Shown: positions 1 to 13,426, counted from the stretch's first letter. The stretch is 32,000 nt of DNA from Candidatus Omnitrophota bacterium (GCA_963662715.1 OY759724.1:2370001-2402000), one strand, 5' to 3'. Numbers and translations are program-made. The notes: generated by a model not told the origin, from the letters alone.

Positions 1-996
<996 letters not shown>

Positions 997-1216
997 TATT
1001 TTTTTTAGAAAGATATTCCGTAGTGTACACGGAAAAGAGTAGAGTGAAAAGTAGTTCCAGAGAACAAACTTCTCTTCGGAACGGCTTGGCTTAAAATATT
1101 ATTCAAGGGTAAGTGGTAAGTGTTAATCGGTAAGTTAGTGGTAAGATTAGAAAATTCCATTTTCTGCTTAGCATTAGCACTTACCACCAGGACTCTTGCC
1201 GCTGACCCATAGTTAG

Positions 1217-1293
1217 GGGCCCGTAGCTCAGTTGGTTAGAGCACCGTGCTGATAACGCGGGGGTCAGTGGTTCGACTCCACTCGGGCCCACCA
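1217..1293 (+). tRNA. tRNA-Ile (anticodon GAU), CCA encoded
   Basis: Acceptor stem GGGCCCG/CGGGCCC, D-arm GCTCAGTTGGTTAGAGC, anticodon loop CTGATAA, T-arm GGTTCGACTCC, discriminator A plus CCA. Lies in the 16S-23S spacer. Confidence 0.95.
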
Positions 1294-1305
1294 TATTAAA
1301 TATGG

Positions 1306-1381
1306 GGGGCTGTAGCTCAGCTGGGAGAGCACATGCTTTGCAAGCATGGGGTCAGGAGTTCGATCCTCCTCAGCTCCACCA
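1306..1381 (+). tRNA. tRNA-Ala (anticodon UGC), CCA encoded
   Basis: Acceptor stem GGGGCTG/CAGCTCC with the G3:U70 alanine identity pair. Anticodon loop TTTGCAA, T-arm AGTTCGATCCT, then ACCA. Confidence 0.95.
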
Positions 1382-1695
1382 AATGACATCTTTTTTATAA
1401 AGATTAATTTGGTTGGGGTGCCAGATTCCTTAAATGTTATTGGGAAAGACTGGCCTCCAGCAATGAATAGCATCTTGAGATGAGCATTAAATCGTAGTAT
1501 AATAGATGTAGTTGTTATGATGGCAAGTTCGAATTTAGGAAGACAATAAGATCAGGATAGATTTAGTAATCTTTAAGTGCAAGAGCAAAGGTTATTCTTC
1601 CAAGTTTAGCCTTTTCTTTTTCGCTGAAGATATTGTTCTTTGACAGTTATGTAATATAGGGTAAATGCAATTAGCCAAATTAATGTCATAGTTTT

Positions 1696-4649
<2,954 letters not shown>

Positions 4650-4714
4650 TTTTTTGATATTAATTTGAATTATTGCTTTATTCTATATTACATAACTGCC
4701 TTATAATTTAGATT

Positions 4715-4831
4715 TCCGGCAACTTTGCTGGAGGGGCCACACCCGTTCCCATTCCGAACACGGTCGTTAAGCCCTCTAAGGTCGATGGTACTTTAGTCGC
4801 AAGGCTATGGGAGAGTAGAACGTTGCCGGGT
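4715..4831 (+). rRNA. rrf: 5S ribosomal RNA
   Basis: Terminal helix tccggcaac/gttgccggg. Conserved cccgttcccattccgaacacgg and gggagagtag motifs. ~117 nt. Confidence 0.9.
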
Positions 4832-4838
4832 TAAATTT

Positions 4839-4871
4839 CCCCGTAAAGAATTATCTTTGCGGGGTTTTTTT
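4839..4871 (+). terminator. Rho-independent terminator of the rrn operon
   Basis: Hairpin ccccgtaaaga-atta-tctttgcgggg (one G:U) followed by a run of 8 T. A second hairpin ttcaggcag...ctgcctgaa lies at 4881-4904. Confidence 0.8.
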
Positions 4872-5056
4872 ATGTCTTCATTCAGGCAGGTAAAACTGCC
4901 TGAAATCGTGTAACTTTGCCGTACACCGCCTACTTTCAAGCTTATTATTAGGGAATTGTAAAAGGAATTAAATTTGGTAAAGTCCTTTGAAATTTTATAA
5001 TTATCTTATATACTTAATATGATTAATATAAATAACCTTAAAAGAATCAGAGTGTT

Positions 5057-7549
5057 ATGAGAAAAATATCCGTTATTTTTGCCTGCATCCTTTGTTTTTC
5101 CTCTCCCGCTTTATGCCTTGCCCAGCAGTCTCCCCGAAAAACAGATCTTGATATCAAGACCGAGACCTATGAAAACGGTAACGTCAAGCGGCAGATGATC
5201 ACAGATACCAAGTCCGGGAAGGTCATTATGAAGAAGTTTTATCGGGAAGGGACTTTGCAGACGCATGCTTCTTATGTCAATGGAAAACTCGACGGTCCCT
5301 ATAACGAATATTTTCAGAATGGCCAGTTAGCTTTGAGTGTTAATTTCGTGGCCGGTAAAGAGCATGGGAAATATACAAAATATTATGATACGGGATTTGT
5401 TAAGGAAAAGGGGGAGTTTTACCTTGGAAATGGACAAGGATTATTTGTTTATTTCTTTGAGAACGGAGAGTTGGCTAAAGAAATCAATTATAACAACGGC
5501 CGGGCAGACGGCGTTTCTAGGATGTATTATGCTAACGGACAAATACAATCAGAGAATCACTATAAACAGGGCTTACCCGTTGGCCTGAATAGGTCTTATT
5601 TTGATAATGGACAATTAAAGGACACGGTTGTTTACGAAAACGGCAAAAGAAACGGAGAGTTCAAGGTTTTTGACCGGGGAGGTCATATAGAGATGTATGG
5701 CCATTTTAAGGATGATATTTTAAACGGGACTGTTGTGACGTTTTATAAAAGCGGCATTTTGAAGACAGCCATTGATTATAAAGAAGGTAAGATTGCCGGT
5801 TTAATGAGGGAGTACCACCCCAACGGGCTTTTAAGCGTTCTTGATATCTACAAAGACGGGATTATTACGAAACAGATGAAATATGATCCCCAGGGCGTCA
5901 AGATACAACAAAAGGTTTTTGTGAAAGGGGACTGGTCGCTTCCTCAATTAGATGACTTGCATTTTAAACTGGCCGGGTTTGCCTTTCTGTTCGGTATCGC
6001 TTTTGCCGGTATATTGATACGCCTGTATATAAAAAGGCATAAAGATACTGTTTCCCCTGAGGCAGCCCCGCGGAAGGTGTTAAATAAAAACGACATTAAA
6101 AACAGCCGTAAAAGCAAGGAATTCAATCTGCTGCATTCCGAATCGGAACGCATGTATCGACGCATGGTGGAAACCGTAAGTAACGGTCTGTTTCTGGCGG
6201 ATGAAAAAGGGATTTTAAGCTATGTTAATTTTGCCTTTGCCCAGATTATGGGGTTTTGCAGTAAAACAGACATGGTCGGCTCCAATATGAAAGATTTCTT
6301 TCAGGATGAAAAAGGGGAATTCTGGAAACTGCTGCATGAAAAAAATGTGGTTAAGGATTATGTCCTGCAGGGCCCGGTATTGGAAGGCAAGAAACTTATC
6401 TTATCCGTTTCTGCCAACCTGCTTTGGGATGAGAGGGGAAAGGTCAACGGAATTGAAGGGGTTGTCAATGATATCACCCTGAGGCATAAGCTGGAAGAGG
6501 AAGTTCATACCGAAAAACGAAAAATGGAGCTGATTATAGAATTTTATGAAAAGATTGATACTGTCAGGGACATGAAGGTGCTGACTGACTTTACCGTCGA
6601 AGAAGTGTCAAATATCTTAGAAGCGAAGAGATGCTCGCTGATGATGGAGGACCCTAAAACAGGCTGTCTGACTATCCTGGGCGCCGTCGGAGTTCCCCAG
6701 GATATTATTGAAAAGACTCAAGTCAAGCTGGGAGAGCAGATAGCCGGACAGATTGCGCAAGATCAGGAGCCTTTGCTGGTCAAGAATATTGAATATGATG
6801 AACGGTTTGGCAGGGCTAAACTGCCTTATTACCTGGGCCGGTCTTTTATGAGCGTTCCTTTCAGAGTTAATGACAAGATATCCGGCGTCATCAATGTCGC
6901 TGACAAGAGTTCTTTCCTGCGGCAAGAAGAACCTTTCAGCGAAATTGATTTTAAAATTTTACGCATTATGGCCAAGCGTCTGTCGTCTGCTGTCGAGAAT
7001 GTCACTTTGTTTAAGGAGCTTAATTTGCAGACGGTGACCGATCCTATTACTCAGATATATAATTACCGTCTATTCTCGGAGTCTCTGGACCAGGAACTCC
7101 GCCGGCTGAAAAGAAACAAGACAGATCTCTGTGTCAGTATGATTGATATGGATCATTTCAAGTCTTATAACGATGCTTTCGGTCACGTCGCCGGTGATGA
7201 ACTGCTCCGGACTTTCGGGGAAATGCTGAAATCGAACTTGCGCGATACAGATATTGTCTGCCGTTATGCCGGGGATGAATTTTGTGTCGTGTTCCCTAAC
7301 ACGGACATCAAGGGAGCTCAGCAGGCAGCGGAAAAAGTCAGAAAAGTCGTTGAGGAATATCCGTTTAAAAAACAAATCACCCTCAGTATAGGAATCGCCC
7401 AGTACCAGGAAGGTTTAAGCAAAAAGGACTTAATCCTCAGGGCGGATGCCGCATTGTATAAAGCGAAAGAAGGCGGCCGGAACCAGGTCGTGCTTGCTGA
7501 CTCGTCCGAGGAGAATCCCCCTGAGGATGAGGCGGCGCCTTCAGAATGA
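5057..7549 (+). CDS. Membrane-anchored diguanylate cyclase: signal peptide, ~10 MORN-variant (YwqK-like) repeats, TM, PAS, GAF, GGDEF
   Basis: 830-aa ORF. N-terminal signal peptide ...ALCLAQQ. Repeats of form YxNGxLxxxxxYxNGKxxG. TM LAGFAFLFGIAFAGILIRLYI. PAS-like SNGLFLADEKGILSYVNFAF. C-terminal GGDEF domain has motif RYAGDEF (7268-7282) and I-site RDTD (7241-7252). Confidence 0.9.
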   Translation: MRKISVIFACILCFSSPALCLAQQSPRKTDLDIKTETYENGNVKRQMITDTKSGKVIMKKFYREGTLQTHASYVNGKLDGPYNEYFQNGQLALSVNFVAGKEHGKYTKYYDTGFVKEKGEFYLGNGQGLFVYFFENGELAKEINYNNGRADGVSRMYYANGQIQSENHYKQGLPVGLNRSYFDNGQLKDTVVYENGKRNGEFKVFDRGGHIEMYGHFKDDILNGTVVTFYKSGILKTAIDYKEGKIAGLMREYHPNGLLSVLDIYKDGIITKQMKYDPQGVKIQQKVFVKGDWSLPQLDDLHFKLAGFAFLFGIAFAGILIRLYIKRHKDTVSPEAAPRKVLNKNDIKNSRKSKEFNLLHSESERMYRRMVETVSNGLFLADEKGILSYVNFAFAQIMGFCSKTDMVGSNMKDFFQDEKGEFWKLLHEKNVVKDYVLQGPVLEGKKLILSVSANLLWDERGKVNGIEGVVNDITLRHKLEEEVHTEKRKMELIIEFYEKIDTVRDMKVLTDFTVEEVSNILEAKRCSLMMEDPKTGCLTILGAVGVPQDIIEKTQVKLGEQIAGQIAQDQEPLLVKNIEYDERFGRAKLPYYLGRSFMSVPFRVNDKISGVINVADKSSFLRQEEPFSEIDFKILRIMAKRLSSAVENVTLFKELNLQTVTDPITQIYNYRLFSESLDQELRRLKRNKTDLCVSMIDMDHFKSYNDAFGHVAGDELLRTFGEMLKSNLRDTDIVCRYAGDEFCVVFPNTDIKGAQQAAEKVRKVVEEYPFKKQITLSIGIAQYQEGLSKKDLILRADAALYKAKEGGRNQVVLADSSEENPPEDEAAPSE

Positions 7550-7644
7550 GCGGGTTGCCCCTTTGCTTCGTTTATCCCTTCGTATCATTTTTTTTCCTGT
7601 CATTATAGCCGGAAATTTCCGGCACTTGCCTGTATTTGAAAAGA

Positions 7645-7672
7645 TTGACAAAATGATTTTATATGCTAATAT
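7645..7672 (+). promoter_or_regulatory. Candidate sigma70-type promoter for marR-OMF-RND operon
   Basis: TTGACA (7645-7650), 16-nt spacer, TAATAT (7667-7672), with TG at the extended -10 position (tgcTAATAT). 36 nt upstream of the marR ATG. Confidence 0.45.
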
Positions 7673-7687
7673 TTAGCTTGGCTAAAT
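7671..7687. promoter_or_regulatory. Inverted repeat ATTTAGC-ttg-GCTAAAT, candidate MarR operator
   Basis: Perfect 7-bp arms overlap the -10 and predicted start site, directly upstream of the MarR gene. Confidence 0.35.
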
Positions 7688-7707
7688 AAACAAGGGGATA
7701 TGTTATA

Positions 7708-8139
7708 ATGTCACAAAATATTGAGACTATTGCAGATGAGTTGACTTTTGTCATGCCGCGCATCGTCAGAACCTTGACTTCCCGTTCTGCGCATTCTGTT
7801 AATCTGCCGCCTGCTCAGATTTTTGTTCTTTTAGAACTGCAGGAAAAAGAGATATGCCGGGTTTCTTCTCTAACAACGGCTTTGCATATATCCGCACCCA
7901 CTGTTTCGGGAATCGTGGACCGTCTGGAAAAGACAGGATACGTTTTTCGTGAGCAAGATAAAGAGGACCGCAGGGTGGTGAATATTAAATTAACACAAGC
8001 CGGGCAGGAAGCGGTCACTCAAATAAGACAGAGCATCAAAGAACGGTGGGGTATCATTCTGGAAAAAATACCTTTTGCGGATGCCGAGACATATTTGCGT
8101 ATCGTTAAACAAATTCAGGAACACTTGGAGTCATTATAA
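7708..8139 (+). CDS. MarR-family transcriptional regulator
   Basis: 143 aa. Winged-helix core LPPAQIFVLLELQEKEICRVSSLTTALHISAPTVSGIVDRLEKTGYVFREQDKEDRRVV is typical of MarR. Confidence 0.88.
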   Translation: MSQNIETIADELTFVMPRIVRTLTSRSAHSVNLPPAQIFVLLELQEKEICRVSSLTTALHISAPTVSGIVDRLEKTGYVFREQDKEDRRVVNIKLTQAGQEAVTQIRQSIKERWGIILEKIPFADAETYLRIVKQIQEHLESL

Positions 8140-8230
8140 AGGCGGCCTATCAAATGTGTTTGATTTTGACAGGGCCGATATCAAAGTTTTTGAAATATAT
8201 TTTTTTAACGCGTTAAACTGTTCCCCGGAT

Positions 8231-9757
8231 ATGAAAAATACAATGCACAAATTACTGTTTTTCGGCTTAACGTTAGGAATCCTTTTCAGCACAGAATTAT
8301 TCCTTTTGCCGCGTGCGTGTTCCTCGGCAGAACCCCGCGGGGAGGAGCCGTTGACCGGGCTCTCCCAAGAGTATCCTTTAACGCTCGAGGAAGTGTCCCG
8401 TCTGGCTTTGCAGAATAATTTTGATATTCAGCTCGCAAAATTTGACACATTGATATCCAGAACCGGACAACAGAAAACAGAATCTATCTATGACACGATT
8501 CTGGCAGCGACAATTGATTACCGGAATAACAAGAACAAGCAGACCAGCACGCTATTGGGGACAAAAACCCTTGAAAATAATTATGATGTGGGGCTATCCA
8601 AAAAATTGCCTTCCGGGAGCACAATCAGCCTGGATTCAACCCATAACCGCAACTGGAGCAATTCCACTATTTCCTCTATAAACCCGAGCCATGATACCGC
8701 CCTGGAGTTGAGTGTTGAGCAAGAGTTAGGGAAAAACTTTTTCGGACTTCAGGACCGCGGGGATGTGAGAATATCTCAAATGGATATTCAAAATGCCGAA
8801 TATACATCCCTGGATAAGATCGCGGCTGATCTGGCCCGGGTGCAGGAAGCCTACTGGGATTTGGTTTTGTCCTACGAAGTCCTTCGCATAGAACAAAACA
8901 TGCTTGAGCAGGCCAAGCGACTGTGGGAGGTTAATATCGAGAACGAAAAGCATGGTTTGGCGGAAAAACCGGATGTTCTTGCTGCGGAAGCCAATTATAA
9001 GGTGCAGGAAAACGAGTTTTTGCTGGTGAAAAATCAGCTGCAGACCAAAGAGAATGTTCTGAAGTTAATGCTTAATATTGATAAAGAAGATGTTTCCTTA
9101 AGGCCGCGGGAGACGTTGGCCTTGTTTGCCGCCCCTTTACCCGAGAGAAACGAAGCGCTGAGAGAAGCCTTTGACAACCGGTATGATTATAAGCAACTTA
9201 TGAATTCCGTAAAATCTTATGATGTGCGGCTGAGTATGAAAGAAAATGCTTTGTGGCCGCAAATTAATTTGAAGGCCTCATTATCCAGAAACGGCGTGGA
9301 CGACCATTTTCATCAGGCTTTTCAGCAAATAATGGATGAGGATAATTCTAATTTTTATATCGGGCTCAATTTCCGCATCCCGTTTGAAAACCGGGAGGCA
9401 CATTCTGAGCTGGAAGCCACTCAGTTAGAGAAAGCAAGACTTCTTGTGGCCTTGAAGTTGCTGGAACGCGAGATAGCCATCGGAATTTCCGACCAGGTCC
9501 GGATCTGCCGTGTTCTCAAAGAGATCGCCGAGAATGCCGAAGCCATTGCGCTGATTCAGGAAAACAAATTGAAGGAAGAGGAGAAGAGATACTCAAGCGG
9601 ACGTTCTGATACGGACACGATCATCCGGTTCCAGTCAGACCTCCTGCAAGCCCGTTTGATCGCCTCGGAAGCGAAATTTAATTATCAGACAGCGCTGATC
9701 CTTTTAGAGAAGCAAAAGGGAACGTTATTAAAAGCGTATTGGGACGGGGAGATATAA
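8231..9757 (+). CDS. TolC-like outer membrane efflux protein (OEP family)
   Basis: The ORF track starts at 8075 and overlaps marR. The ATG at 8231 gives a signal peptide MKNTMHKLLFFGLTLGILFS. Two OEP repeats with typical LTLEEVSRLALQNNFDIQLAKFD and coiled-coil segments. Confidence 0.85.
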   Translation: MKNTMHKLLFFGLTLGILFSTELFLLPRACSSAEPRGEEPLTGLSQEYPLTLEEVSRLALQNNFDIQLAKFDTLISRTGQQKTESIYDTILAATIDYRNNKNKQTSTLLGTKTLENNYDVGLSKKLPSGSTISLDSTHNRNWSNSTISSINPSHDTALELSVEQELGKNFFGLQDRGDVRISQMDIQNAEYTSLDKIAADLARVQEAYWDLVLSYEVLRIEQNMLEQAKRLWEVNIENEKHGLAEKPDVLAAEANYKVQENEFLLVKNQLQTKENVLKLMLNIDKEDVSLRPRETLALFAAPLPERNEALREAFDNRYDYKQLMNSVKSYDVRLSMKENALWPQINLKASLSRNGVDDHFHQAFQQIMDEDNSNFYIGLNFRIPFENREAHSELEATQLEKARLLVALKLLEREIAIGISDQVRICRVLKEIAENAEAIALIQENKLKEEEKRYSSGRSDTDTIIRFQSDLLQARLIASEAKFNYQTALILLEKQKGTLLKAYWDGEI

Positions 9758-9761
9758 AAAA

Positions 9762-12700
9762 ATGAAGTTAGCCGAATTCTCAGTCAAGAACAGCCTTTTG
9801 GTCAACCTGCTGTCAGTGTTTATCATCTGCGTCGGGTTTGTCTCCATGGTGCAGTTGCGTCGGGAAGCTTTTCCGCAGGTTGAATTTGACGTCGTCACAA
9901 TCACGACGGCCTATCCCGGCGCTCCGGCCGAAGATGTTGAGAAGCTCGTGACAACGCCGATAGAGAAGGAATTAAAAGGCATCAGCGGCATTAAAGAGAT
10001 GACGTCCAATTCGGAAGAAGGGCTTTCGACGATTGGAATAGAAATAGATCCGGAAGCGCGTGAAAAAGATAAAGTCATTGATGATATTGAGCGTGCCGTT
10101 GACAGGGTCAAAGATCTCCCTGAAGAAATCGAGGATGACCCTTATATTTTTGAGCTGTCTGCCGATGAGTTCCCGATTATTGAAATTTCGGTCGGCGGGG
10201 ATCATCCGGAATGGGAAAGACGCAAATACGCGGAAGCCCTGGAAGATCAGCTCCTTGATATCGACGGTGTTGCATCCGTTATGCGTATTGCCTGGAGAGA
10301 TAAGGAGTTCTGGGTGGAAGTCGATCCTGATAAACTCCAGCAATATCACGTTTCTATGGATGAAATTAGCGACACTTTAAAGACAAGAAATATTACTTTG
10401 CCGGGAGGCCCATTGACCACGCCTTCCATGGAATATAGCGTGCGCATCTCCGGGGAATTCCGCACCCCTCAGGAAGTCGAAGATGTCGTTATTCGTGCCA
10501 ACGATGCCGGACATTGGCTGAAAATTAAAGATATTGCGAGGGTCGTTGACACTTTTGAAGACGAAACCCATATCCCGAAGGTCAATGGTAAACGTTCCGT
10601 CTCAATGGTCGTTGTAAAAAGCAAGCAGGGCGATGTTATAACGGTCGTTGACAGTGTCAAAAAAGTCGTGGCGGAATTTGAATCTGCCCTTCCGGAAGGG
10701 ATGGAAATCATTATTACAAACGATTTCTCCTATTACGTGAAGCGCCGGTTGAACGTGCTGAAGATGAATGGCGTCATTGGCATTGTCCTGGTTCTCGTCG
10801 TCTTATTCCTTTTCCTGGACCCCGTCCCGGCCTTCATGACGGCGCTCGGGCTTCCCATTGCCTTATTTACGACGTTCGGGGTGATGCTGGTTATGGACAC
10901 CAGCATCAATCTTATAACCATGCTGGGTTTGATTATTGTCCTGGGGATGCTGGTTGATGACGGGATTATTGTCGCTGAAAATGTCTACCGTTATATTGAA
11001 CAGGGGATGTCCCCCAAAGAAGCCGCCATCAAGGGGACCAGTGAAGTCATCGCCCCGGTGACGGTGACGATCTTGACGACGTGTGCGGCTTTTATGCCTT
11101 TGTTGTTTATGAAAGATATCCTCGGGAAGTTCATCCGTTTTATCCCCATTATCGTTATGGTTGCGCTGGGCTCGTCTCTTTTGGAAGCGTTTATCATTCT
11201 TCCGTCTCACCTGGCGGATTTCGTCAAAGGGCATAAATTTAAATCCACCCATAAAGATAACCCGCATAAAGACCGGCGCTGGTTTCATGCCTTATTGAAC
11301 TTTTATACGAAGGTGATTCATAAAGCCCTTGCCTTCCGCTACCTGGTGATCCTGATGGTTTTTCTGACATTCGTCGGATCTATTTTTGTCGCTGTCAAGA
11401 AAATGAAAGTCATCATGTTTACCGGAGAAGGGATCGAGGAATTTCACGTGCGGGCGGAAGCGCCCAAGGGGACCCCTTTGGAAAAACTGGACGAATTGAT
11501 GATCCCGGTGGAAAAGCTGATCGCGTCTCTTCCCGAGGAAGACCTCGACGCTTCCCGGACTTATCTGGGCGCGATAGAAGAGGAACGGGGATTCGACCCC
11601 AACGCCAAACGCGGCACGCATTTGGGGCAGATCAGGGTGTTTCTGACCCCGTCCCAGAAAAGGAAGCGGACGCCGCAGGAGATTATTGAGTCCCTGAGAC
11701 CCAAATTAGCTGAGATAGAAGGGTTCGACAGGCTTTATTTCCATATGCCCCGTGAGGGCCCTCCGGTGGGGCAGCCTGTCGAGATCGGGATTAAAGGAGA
11801 TGACTTTGCTGTTTTAGAAGAAATAGCCAGAAAATTTATGGCGGCTTTGGACGATATCGAGGGGGTAACGGATATTGTTCTGGGATATGAATTCGGAAAA
11901 AAACAGCTGAAGATAGCTGTTGATGAAAATAAGGCGAAACAATATGACCTTTCTGTCGGCCAGGTTGCCGCGACTGTCCGGACAGCCTTTGACGGAACGG
12001 TGGCGACATCCATTAAGCCGACAAAAGCCGAAGAAGAGATAGATGTCCTGGTCCGTTTCCCCGAATCCGTTAGAAATGACCGCCAGAAGGCTTTTGACAG
12101 GATTTTAGTTGCCAATAGTAAAGGGAATCTGGTCCCGCTGAGTTCCGTGGCCGAGGTTCGGGAACAAGAGGGGCTCTACAAGATAAATCACCTGGAGGGG
12201 AAGCGGGTCGTTTACGTAACGGCTCAGGTGGACGGGAAAAAGGCCACGTCTCTGGAAGTGAATTTTAAAATACAGAATCAGTTTAAGAATATGTCCGAAC
12301 AGTATCCGGGATATACCGTGAAATACAGCGGAGAATTTGAAGAGCAGCAGAAGACCATGCTGAATTTAGGCCGGTCTTTCCTCATTGCTTTATTCTTGAT
12401 CTTTATCATTTTGGCGGCTTTATTCAATTCGCTTGTCCAGCCGTTTATTGTTTTATCGGCGATTCCTTACGGCATTATCGGCGTTATTTTCGGTTTCCTG
12501 ACGCATCATCGGCCTCTGAGCTTTTTTGCTTTTATGGGCCTGGTCGGGCTGGCCGGCATTGTCGTGAACGATTCGGTTGTCCTGGTGGACTTTATCAATC
12601 AGCTGCGGAAATCGGGAAAAGCCCGGCGGCAGTCCATCGTGGAAGCCGGGCAGATGAGACTGCGGCCTGTTATTATGACGACGGTAACAACGATTGCCGG

Positions 12701-12902
12701 TTTGTTGTCGGTCGCTTACGGCTGGGGTGGAGGAGATCCTTTTTTAAAGCCGATGGCCTTGGCGATCATTTGGGGGCTGGGGTTTGCCACCGGCTTGACT
12801 CTCGTTGTCATCCCCTGCATCTACGCCATTGTCGATGATGTTTCCGAAAAGCTCTTTCATCACGGCACGGTTAAGCTGAACGGAATTAAGAAGAAAAGAT
12901 AG
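9762..12902 (+). CDS. RND efflux transporter permease (AcrB/AcrD/AcrF family)
   Basis: 1046 aa with the 12-TM, two-large-loop layout. N-terminus MKLAEFSVKNSLLVNLLSVFI...TITTAYPGA. Conserved GLIIVLGMLVDDGIIVAENV and GLVGLAGIVVNDSVVLVDF TM4/TM10 motifs. Starts 5 nt after the OMF stop. Confidence 0.93.
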   Translation: MKLAEFSVKNSLLVNLLSVFIICVGFVSMVQLRREAFPQVEFDVVTITTAYPGAPAEDVEKLVTTPIEKELKGISGIKEMTSNSEEGLSTIGIEIDPEAREKDKVIDDIERAVDRVKDLPEEIEDDPYIFELSADEFPIIEISVGGDHPEWERRKYAEALEDQLLDIDGVASVMRIAWRDKEFWVEVDPDKLQQYHVSMDEISDTLKTRNITLPGGPLTTPSMEYSVRISGEFRTPQEVEDVVIRANDAGHWLKIKDIARVVDTFEDETHIPKVNGKRSVSMVVVKSKQGDVITVVDSVKKVVAEFESALPEGMEIIITNDFSYYVKRRLNVLKMNGVIGIVLVLVVLFLFLDPVPAFMTALGLPIALFTTFGVMLVMDTSINLITMLGLIIVLGMLVDDGIIVAENVYRYIEQGMSPKEAAIKGTSEVIAPVTVTILTTCAAFMPLLFMKDILGKFIRFIPIIVMVALGSSLLEAFIILPSHLADFVKGHKFKSTHKDNPHKDRRWFHALLNFYTKVIHKALAFRYLVILMVFLTFVGSIFVAVKKMKVIMFTGEGIEEFHVRAEAPKGTPLEKLDELMIPVEKLIASLPEEDLDASRTYLGAIEEERGFDPNAKRGTHLGQIRVFLTPSQKRKRTPQEIIESLRPKLAEIEGFDRLYFHMPREGPPVGQPVEIGIKGDDFAVLEEIARKFMAALDDIEGVTDIVLGYEFGKKQLKIAVDENKAKQYDLSVGQVAATVRTAFDGTVATSIKPTKAEEEIDVLVRFPESVRNDRQKAFDRILVANSKGNLVPLSSVAEVREQEGLYKINHLEGKRVVYVTAQVDGKKATSLEVNFKIQNQFKNMSEQYPGYTVKYSGEFEEQQKTMLNLGRSFLIALFLIFIILAALFNSLVQPFIVLSAIPYGIIGVIFGFLTHHRPLSFFAFMGLVGLAGIVVNDSVVLVDFINQLRKSGKARRQSIVEAGQMRLRPVIMTTVTTIAGLLSVAYGWGGGDPFLKPMALAIIWGLGFATGLTLVVIPCIYAIVDDVSEKLFHHGTVKLNGIKKKR

Positions 12903-12907
12903 CATTG

Positions 12908-13426
12908 TCAGGCGGGCCGGTTCCGGTGTTTTTTGAAAACATATTTCAGAAGCGCAATATAAGAGGGGCCCGTAAGCATAACGGCCACGATGATGCAATC
13001 TCTGGTAAGCACGGTGTTTTGATAATAAAAAGATTTGAGAGTGTTGATTTCATATATTCTTCCGGTCAAATCACTTGCGAGCCGGATCAGCAGGAACCAG
13101 CCCCAGAATTTTTTGGACAGCCAGTGGATTTGATGAAGATAAAGATAGAAGGGCACGAGCGTTAAAACATTAAGGATGACAGAAAGGGCATTGCGGCAGT
13201 AGACCCAGATGTACCGTGTATTATAGGCAATGAGAACGTGGTAATACGTGTTTATCCTGGAATCGACGTCGAAGAAATCCCAGGCCTGGTATGCGGTTAC
13301 GAAAAGATAAAGGTAGAAATAAAAGTGCCATATCCAATTAGGTTTTTTTGACATGGGCCTATTATGGCAAATTTCGCCAATAAAATCATTTGATTTTTTA
13401 AAAAACAGGAAAATAAAGCCGGACAC
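12908..13426 (-). CDS. Hypothetical aromatic-rich integral membrane protein (start may be the internal Met at 13354)
   Basis: 172-aa ORF with ~4 hydrophobic segments, convergent with the RND gene. No family recognised. Confidence 0.45.
   Translation of the reverse strand: MSGFIFLFFKKSNDFIGEICHNRPMSKKPNWIWHFYFYLYLFVTAYQAWDFFDVDSRINTYYHVLIAYNTRYIWVYCRNALSVILNVLTLVPFYLYLHQIHWLSKKFWGWFLLIRLASDLTGRIYEINTLKSFYYQNTVLTRDCIIVAVMLTGPSYIALLKYVFKKHRNRPA

Noticed and set aside
8075-8230. Upstream extension of the TolC-like ORF overlapping the end of marR
   Set aside because: The extension has no signal peptide and overlaps marR by 65 nt. The Met at 8231 gives a normal signal sequence, so the 5' part is read-through open frame.
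9911-12115. Cluster of antisense or alternate-frame ORFs within the RND gene (9911..10111, 9972..10349, 10863..11288, 11292..11621, 11735..12115 and others)
   Set aside because: The plus-strand 1046-aa frame has unambiguous RND motifs along its full length. The others are low-complexity shadows.
12905-13165. 86-aa plus-strand ORF overlapping the minus-strand membrane-protein ORF
   Set aside because: Its composition is not protein-like, and it overlaps a longer minus-strand frame with clear transmembrane segments. Only the minus-strand call is kept, itself at modest confidence.
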